DNA from: Candidatus Xenobia bacterium
GTDB taxonomy: Bacteria > Vulcanimicrobiota > Xenobia > Xenobiales > QWHO01
Reading direction: 5' to 3'
DNA: 10,245 bases
Assembly: GCA_045863235.1 (NCBI GenBank)
Contig: BTUM01000147.1
Span: forward strand, 1 to 10,245
The notes below the pieces were generated by a model. The model was not told where the DNA came from. It saw nothing but the letters and a program-made list of their open reading frames with translations, and ran no database searches. The translations under genes were made by a program, and so were the position numbers. Below, piece after piece: positions 4,930 through 10,245 of the stretch (positions are counted from its first letter, which is position 1; the number at the start of each line of letters is the position of its first letter).

Positions 4930-7809
4930 CTATTCGGCGGTCGGGAACAGGTCCCCGATCTGGGGCCAGCCCTTCTTGGCGTCCTCAGCCTGGATCAGGG
5001 CCTCTACCGCGTCGATGAACTGTCCGATGGCGTAGTCGCTGACCTGTGTGCCCGGACCGGGCTCGGAGTTGAGCACGATGGCCCAGGCCAGCTGCGGCTC
5101 CGGGTAGTAGCGCATGAACGACATCGTCCCCGGCAGCGCCCCGTCCTTGGAGATGTTCAGGATCGTCTTGCCCTGCGCGGCCACGTTGAAGCCCATCCCG
5201 AAGTAGCCCCCGCTTCCCTGGTTAAAGGGCGGTCGCCGCACCATCATCTTCACCGTGTCGTCGGTAAGAGGGCGGACGAACCCGGAAGGCCCGTTGGGCC
5301 CCACGCTGTTGAGCAAACGCACCATGTCGGCCGTGGAGGCGATCAACCCCCCGCACGAGTCGTGTGCTCGCCCGTCCCAGACCCCCCCGTAGGTGGCCGA
5401 GACGATGTCGGTCTTGTCGGTGAAGACGCTCTGCCCCCCCACGTCGCCCGAACTGGGATAGTAGCTGACCTCCCCGGGGGCGGCCCCGTCCGGTCGCGTA
5501 TCGCTCACCCGCACCCGGCTCGCCCCGATCTGCAGCAGCAAGCGCTTGCGCAAGATGTCGCCGTAGCTTTCGCCGCTGCCCTCTACCGCTTCCACCAGTC
5601 GCCCGATGGCCAGGTAAGCAACGTCCGAGTAGACGTAGGTCGTCCCCGGCTTGGCCCCCAGCTGGAAGCTGTTCAGAATGGAGGTCAAGATCACCGCCGC
5701 CGAAGCCGGGGGAGGGTTCCCCAGGGTGAGCGCCTGAGGCGCGTAGAGCCCCGTGTCCGTATCCAGCCCGGCCGACATCTGCAGCAGCTCTTGTACGCTG
5801 ATACCGGTCACCTGGCTGTCCACCGGGCTCTGCACGAACGATGCCAGCACTCCCAGAGGGGAGAAGGGCTTATCGTCGTCCTTGACCAGGCCCGCCTGCA
5901 ACTGGATGAGCAGCGTCACGGCCGCAAACGACTTGGAGCAACTCGCCAGTCGGAACAGGTTGTCCGGCCGCACCGGGAGCTGCTGGCTATCGTTGTAGGT
6001 TCCGTAGCCATAGCCGCGGTGGATCACCAGCCGACCGCCCCGCGAGAGAGAGAACGAGCCTCCGGGAATCTCAAAGCGCTGCATCAGCGCCTGCACTCTG
6101 GTCTCGAAGTCGGAAAAGTCATCGTCGCTCAAGAGCGAAGTGCCCGTTGGGGAGGGCAACGGCGCGGGAGCGAGCACCGGCGGCACGTTGGGCACGAACT
6201 GCAGCACCTGGTCATTCTGCGAGACCCAGACGGCCCCGTCCAGCCCCACGGCGATACCCAGCGGGTTGGTGAAGGTGCCGAACGAGCCCAGCAAGCTGCC
6301 GCGAGCGTCGTAGCGCATGACCTGGGTCGCGGTCAGCACATACAGGTTACCGGCCCGGTCCAGGGCCACCTCGCGGGGGGCACTCACGGCAAAGTGGCGC
6401 AGCGAGCTCCCGTCCAGCGAGAGCACCTCGATCTTGTTGCCGCCGAAGTCGGCCACGTAGATCTGCCCGGCCCGGCTGATGGCCAGCCCGGCCGGCTTGC
6501 TCAGGATCTGGTTGCCAAACTTCTTTCCTGCCTCGTAGGCACCCCTGGTCTCATTGAAGTTGAATGCCTGGATCGAGTTATCGTCGAAGCCGCTCACGTA
6601 GAAGCTGCCCCCGGCGTCGGCCGCGACGCCGCCGGAAGCATCAAAGCCACTGAACGTCTGAGGTTTGGATCCGATCACCCGCACCTGTCCGCTGCCCCGG
6701 TCCGCGGCCATGATCGTCCCCGCGAAATCGCTGGCCGCCACGTGCACATCGCTGAAGGCGGTGGTGTTCAGATTCCCCAGCGATTGGCCTTGGGGGGAGA
6801 ATTGTGCGATAGCCGTCTCGGCGCACACCAGCAGCTCGTTGCTGAAGGGAACCGTGCCCAACCCGGCGGCGTCGGGCACATTCAGCGTCAGTCCTGGCGT
6901 GTAGACGCTGGCCAGCACGGGAAGATCCAGGTCGGTGCGCAGCAGCGACTGGATGGGCGCCACCCCGGTAGCCCGAATCTGGGAGGCGTCGTACACGATG
7001 ACCTGGCTGACCAGAGGTGGCAGGGACTTGAAATGATACCTGCCCTGAGCGTCCGTGGTCACGAAAAGGTTCGCGCCGGGCACCGAGACCTGCACGTTGG
7101 CCACCGGGGTCAGACCGTCGAGCACCCTGCCCTGGAGCGAGCCGGTCACTCCCTGATTGGCCTGGTGCATCTTCGCCTGGCTGCTGAGCCCCAACCCGCT
7201 CACGCGGATGCGGTAGCTCCCGGCCGGCTCGCTTCCCACCGTGGGGGTGCTCAGCACCCTCTGCTGATTGGGAAACTCGCTGAAGGCCGAGGTGTCCGGC
7301 GTGGGCCGGGGGGTGTCGTCCTCCTCCACCTCCCAGGTCAGCGCGGCCGGGTCCACCGGCGTGAAGCGGCCCAGAGCGTCCACCCCCACGGCCCGCATGG
7401 TCAACGTGTCCTCGTCGAGAAGCGACACCTGGTCGGGGAACAAGCTGAGACGCACCGGCGGCCCTGCCTCGGGCGAGAAAGCCGGCACCTCCACCAGCGC
7501 TCCCGGCGGGTCCACTCGCAGGAAGTGCCGTCCCGGAGCCGCCTGCAGCCGGAACTGCCCGTCGGGTCCAACCGCCACGCTCTGGCCCGAGCCGAGCAGG
7601 GTCACCTGGACTCCCGAGACTACCGTGGAGCCCTCGCTCACCGCCCCGTCCACCACCGAGATCAGCCCGCTGCTCGAGCGGACCAGCCGCCCGCTGATCT
7701 CGGCCGTCCGGGCCGGGGGAGGCGCCGGCAGCGTGCCGTCCGCCGTCGCGCCGCTCTCAGAGCAGCCATAAAAGAGCACGGTGACCAGCAGAAAAGATAG
7801 AAAGCGCAT
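4930..7809 (-). CDS. Lipoprotein: carboxypeptidase-regulatory-like/Ig-like domains + NHL-repeat beta-propeller + beta-lactamase-like (class C/AmpC-type) serine hydrolase, 959 aa
   Basis: Signal peptide II MRFLSFLLVTVLFYG-C. Two GxV...V.V.G...V.T/V..DG/QG.F/Y domains. About six NHL-like blades (e.g. LSKPAGLAISRAGQIYVADFGGNKIEV, FTNPLGIAVGLDGAVWV) and a Pro-rich linker. The hydrolase carries IPGGSFSL, FRLASCSKSF (SxxK, 5932-5943), ELLQMSAG, PGTTYVYSDVAY, GGLIASTADMVR and KDGALPG. Confidence 0.92.
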   Translation of the reverse strand: MRFLSFLLVTVLFYGCSESGATADGTLPAPPPARTAEISGRLVRSSSGLISVVDGAVSEGSTVVSGVQVTLLGSGQSVAVGPDGQFRLQAAPGRHFLRVDPPGALVEVPAFSPEAGPPVRLSLFPDQVSLLDEDTLTMRAVGVDALGRFTPVDPAALTWEVEEDDTPRPTPDTSAFSEFPNQQRVLSTPTVGSEPAGSYRIRVSGLGLSSQAKMHQANQGVTGSLQGRVLDGLTPVANVQVSVPGANLFVTTDAQGRYHFKSLPPLVSQVIVYDASQIRATGVAPIQSLLRTDLDLPVLASVYTPGLTLNVPDAAGLGTVPFSNELLVCAETAIAQFSPQGQSLGNLNTTAFSDVHVAASDFAGTIMAADRGSGQVRVIGSKPQTFSGFDASGGVAADAGGSFYVSGFDDNSIQAFNFNETRGAYEAGKKFGNQILSKPAGLAISRAGQIYVADFGGNKIEVLSLDGSSLRHFAVSAPREVALDRAGNLYVLTATQVMRYDARGSLLGSFGTFTNPLGIAVGLDGAVWVSQNDQVLQFVPNVPPVLAPAPLPSPTGTSLLSDDDFSDFETRVQALMQRFEIPGGSFSLSRGGRLVIHRGYGYGTYNDSQQLPVRPDNLFRLASCSKSFAAVTLLIQLQAGLVKDDDKPFSPLGVLASFVQSPVDSQVTGISVQELLQMSAGLDTDTGLYAPQALTLGNPPPASAAVILTSILNSFQLGAKPGTTYVYSDVAYLAIGRLVEAVEGSGESYGDILRKRLLLQIGASRVRVSDTRPDGAAPGEVSYYPSSGDVGGQSVFTDKTDIVSATYGGVWDGRAHDSCGGLIASTADMVRLLNSVGPNGPSGFVRPLTDDTVKMMVRRPPFNQGSGGYFGMGFNVAAQGKTILNISKDGALPGTMSFMRYYPEPQLAWAIVLNSEPGPGTQVSDYAIGQFIDAVEALIQAEDAKKGWPQIGDLFPTAE

Positions 7810-7989
7810 TCGAGCCCATTCAGGCGAGCCGCTGACATTCCTGTCCGGCCGCTCGCGCGTCTTCCGGTAAGCCCTGGATCAGGGAAGGGTAACAGCCAGT
7901 TCCCATGACCGCCCCCTCCGAGACGCGCCCGAGACGCTCTCCAGGCGGCCGCCAGGCATCATCCAGCCACCACAAGCTCGGAGGGCGAC

Positions 7990-8802
7990 ATGCAGATTCA
8001 CACGTTCCAACAACACTCGAGTGCTTCTCGGCTGGAGTGGATGGCGCCGCCCGGGAGCCCTGCGCGCGCCGTGGACGAGACTCCCCCCACTCTCTCGTCC
8101 CCATCTGCCGCCCGCGAGTCCTTCCACTCCGAGTCGACTGATGGCTGGCGAAGATCCGCCGCACTCGCCAGCCTGGCCATCGTCGGGCTGGGACTGACCG
8201 GCTCCGCGGCACTCCAGCCCCCTCAGCCGCCGGCCATCTGCGTTGCCGGGACGACCAGCGAGCCCCGCGCTCCGGTCGCCCAGCCGCGCACCGCCCTGCA
8301 AAAGCACGTCGACTTCTTCGACCGCAACGGCGACGGCCAGACCCGGGTCTGGGAGACTTACCAGGGCCTGCGAGCTCTAAAGCTGGGCCGCATGCTCTCG
8401 GCCGCCGGAGCAGTGGCCATCAATGCCTCGCTCGGGCTCAAGACCGGCTCGCCCTGGTACAGCTGGCTCACCATCCAGAATGATGGCATTCACATGGGCA
8501 AGCACGAGGGCGACACCGATGTCTATGACGAGCAGGGCAACTTCGTCCAATCCAGGTTCAACGCCCTTTTCACGAACTTCGACAAGAACGGTGACGACGC
8601 GCTGAGCAAGCAAGAGCTGGACGACATGATGATCGCCCGGGGCAACGGCAAGGCCAACCTCGGGTCGAAGGCCGAGTTCGGGCTCCTGCTCGAGATTGCC
8701 GGCGAAGACCGTCCCGAAGGGCGCGTGGTCACCCGCAAGACCCTCCAGGCCCTCTATGACGGCTCGCTGTTCTACACCCTGGCGGGCGAGAAAGCGCCCT
8801 GA
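7990..8802 (+). CDS. Caleosin-family (peroxygenase-like, EF-hand calcium-binding) protein, 270 aa, with a disordered leader and a hydrophobic helix N-terminal to the domain
   Basis: TALQKHVDFFDRNGDGQTRVWETYQGLRAL, IHMGKHEGDTDVYDEQGNFV..F..LF, EFGLLL and LYDGSLFY match caleosin consensus blocks (LQQHVAFFD.D.DG.I.PWETY.G.RALG; IH..KHGSD...YD.EG.F; YDGSLF). RBS GGAGG at 7980-7984. Confidence 0.92.
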   Translation: MQIHTFQQHSSASRLEWMAPPGSPARAVDETPPTLSSPSAARESFHSESTDGWRRSAALASLAIVGLGLTGSAALQPPQPPAICVAGTTSEPRAPVAQPRTALQKHVDFFDRNGDGQTRVWETYQGLRALKLGRMLSAAGAVAINASLGLKTGSPWYSWLTIQNDGIHMGKHEGDTDVYDEQGNFVQSRFNALFTNFDKNGDDALSKQELDDMMIARGNGKANLGSKAEFGLLLEIAGEDRPEGRVVTRKTLQALYDGSLFYTLAGEKAP

Positions 8803-8830
8803 GAAGCAGGCACCCTACCATCGGGACAGC

Positions 8831-9547
8831 CTAAGGCCCCGTAATCCGGTCGAGCGTGGGGCTGGGAAACCGCGGGTAGCGCGCGCCGTCATCCTTCTGG
8901 AAAATTCCGCAGGCCTCCAGCTTGCCCAGACCCTGGGCCAGCTTCCTCTCGATGTCCTGGTTGAAGGCTCCGGTGAGGATAGACAACCGCTTGACCTTCA
9001 GCAGTTTGCAGGTCTCCACGATCTCCTGGGCGGCGCTGGGCACGTCGGAGATGTCGTCCCCGCTGAAATACCAGAAGAGTCCGAGAGTGTCCAGATCGTG
9101 CCCCTGGAGCTCGAGACCGAGCCGCTGGATGGACTTCTCCACGAAACCCCCGGTGACCAGGATGAAGTGACGGGTCGGCCCGCCCCGCAGGGCGGCCGCG
9201 ATCGGCGCCACCTGGTCCGGCTTAAGGGCGCCCACGGGACGCCCTCCGCTGGCGCTCGGCTCCCACCAGTGCTGGTAGACGACAAAGCCGTTGCGGGGCG
9301 CGTGCTGCTGGTTCTGGAGGGTCTGGAGGATCTCCAGGCTGTCGGTCTCCACCATCGGTGGGAGAGCGGTCTGCAGGGTCAGACTGCGGTCCGAAGGGGA
9401 AGCCGGGTTGAACCACCGGCTCGAGCCCACCGCCATCATGCGCATGGCGTTGCCGGACTGCTCGGTGACCATGCGCAGGCGCGTGCCGGGATAGCGCGGC
9501 AGGAATCTGTAGTCGGCTTTGGGCTTCCTTTTGAACAGTCCCCCCAT
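8831..9547 (-). CDS. Hypothetical protein (~238 aa), probably alpha/beta fold
   Basis: 3' part of track ORF 8831..10060, with typical codon bias from ATG 9547 (MGGLFKRKPKADYRF...). The further upstream extension overlaps the opposite-strand LytTR-like gene. No family recognised. Confidence 0.75.
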   Translation of the reverse strand: MGGLFKRKPKADYRFLPRYPGTRLRMVTEQSGNAMRMMAVGSSRWFNPASPSDRSLTLQTALPPMVETDSLEILQTLQNQQHAPRNGFVVYQHWWEPSASGGRPVGALKPDQVAPIAAALRGGPTRHFILVTGGFVEKSIQRLGLELQGHDLDTLGLFWYFSGDDISDVPSAAQEIVETCKLLKVKRLSILTGAFNQDIERKLAQGLGKLEACGIFQKDDGARYPRFPSPTLDRITGP

Positions 9548-9622
9548 AAGGGGATGATTCGTCGAGTGAACCAGAATTCCGTTTCGGGAAAGGAGTCGCC
9601 CGGGACCACCGAAGGGGGAGCG

Positions 9623-10245
9623 ATGCCCCTTGACCCGCGCGACCCGCTGGTGGTTCAGACCCAGAGGGGGTTGGGTTTCTGGCCCTGCCACCTGGTCGCC
9701 TCCCTCACCCCCGAGCACGGAGACCGGTTGCGCGTGGTGCGGTTTGACGGGGAAGTTGCCCACCGTCCCGGCCCTCTCCCGACCGGCCCCTGGAGCCCCC
9801 TGGGCCCCTCGCTGGTGCGTCCCGAGCACCTGCGCGAGCAGAACGGCTACCTGGTGGACCCGGCCGGATTCGTGCTTGGCCAGGGAACCCCGGCCCCCCA
9901 GCCTCCGCCTGCTCCCGAGGAGCCCCTGCCGGGCCTCGGGCTTTGCCCGGGGGAGGTGCTCTACCTCCGGGGCGCGGGGGGCCAGGCCCACTGGCACACC
10001 GACCGGGGTCCCCTGAACGCCGGAGCCTCGGCCGAAGCCGCCGCCCCCCTGCACCCCCACCTGGTGGCGGCCGGGCGGGGCACCTACCTCAACCGCCGGC
10101 GCCTGGGCGCGATTCTGGCCGAGCGCAAGCGCTTTCGGCTGGTGCTCGACAACGGCTCCGAGCTCACCGTTTCCTGGGGCGCTCGCAAGCCTCTGTGCTG
10201 GTATGATGCCTACAGGCAGCCAGCAATGGCGCCCCTGCTAGGGAA
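9623..10245 (+). CDS. LytTR-like domain protein (one clear and one degenerate domain), partial; open to the right edge and absent from the ORF track
   Basis: RBS-like GGGGGAG before ATG 9623, with an open frame to the window end: MPLDPRDPLVVQTQRGLGFWPCHLVASLTP...EVLYLRGAGGQAHWHTDRG...HPHLVAAGRGTYLNRRRLGAILAERKRFRLVLDNGSELTVSWGARKPL. This follows the LytTR pattern (ILY.....HT..G...F.R.HRSY.VN...I..I....L.L.NG..L.VSR). Confidence 0.75.
   Translation, partial: MPLDPRDPLVVQTQRGLGFWPCHLVASLTPEHGDRLRVVRFDGEVAHRPGPLPTGPWSPLGPSLVRPEHLREQNGYLVDPAGFVLGQGTPAPQPPPAPEEPLPGLGLCPGEVLYLRGAGGQAHWHTDRGPLNAGASAEAAAPLHPHLVAAGRGTYLNRRRLGAILAERKRFRLVLDNGSELTVSWGARKPLCWYDAYRQPAMAPLLG

Noticed and set aside
5362..7800. 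812-aa plus-strand ORF, and similarly 3035..4159 (+), 797..1735 (-) and 1949..2329 (-)
   Set aside because: These are antisense shadows of genes with clear motifs or codon bias. High GC3 suppresses stops on the opposite strand, and the translations have no recognisable motifs.
9524..9547. MGGLFKRK as an N-myristoylation signal
   Set aside because: It lacks Ser/Thr at position 6, and M-G-x-F-K/R starts are common amphipathic N-termini in bacteria. There is no other support.
9548..10060. N-terminal extension of track ORF 8831..10060
   Set aside because: It overlaps in antisense the better-supported LytTR-like gene starting at 9623. ATG 9547 gives a clean divergent arrangement.

Overview
This is a high-GC bacterial accessory region with no CRISPR array, rRNA or tRNA and no recognisable transposase. 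From left to right it holds: (1) a multiply frameshifted, apparently 5'-truncated fragment of a large RHS/YD-repeat gene running off the left edge on the minus strand; (2) a ~574-aa hypothetical protein; (3) a 366-bp, highly structured gap between convergent genes, with a candidate 6S-like ncRNA and several hairpins; (4) a clostripain-family (C11) cysteine peptidase; (5) a YidD/haemolytic domain fused to two glycine zippers; (6) a 959-aa lipoprotein with carboxypeptidase-regulatory-like domains, an NHL propeller and a beta-lactamase-like serine hydrolase; (7) a bacterial caleosin/peroxygenase-like protein with two EF-hands; (8) a hypothetical protein; and (9) a LytTR-like gene missing from the ORF track that runs off the right edge. 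The strongest unexplained signal is an N-terminal leader shared by two unrelated proteins. It aligns ungapped from Met, with PARSS at residues 14-18 and a later D-x-V-T, and both genes have a -10-like hexamer 6 nt before the ATG. This suggests a non-Sec targeting signal on leaderless transcripts. The gene style reminds me of Eremiobacterota/Vulcanimicrobiota genomes, but that is an impression and not a result.
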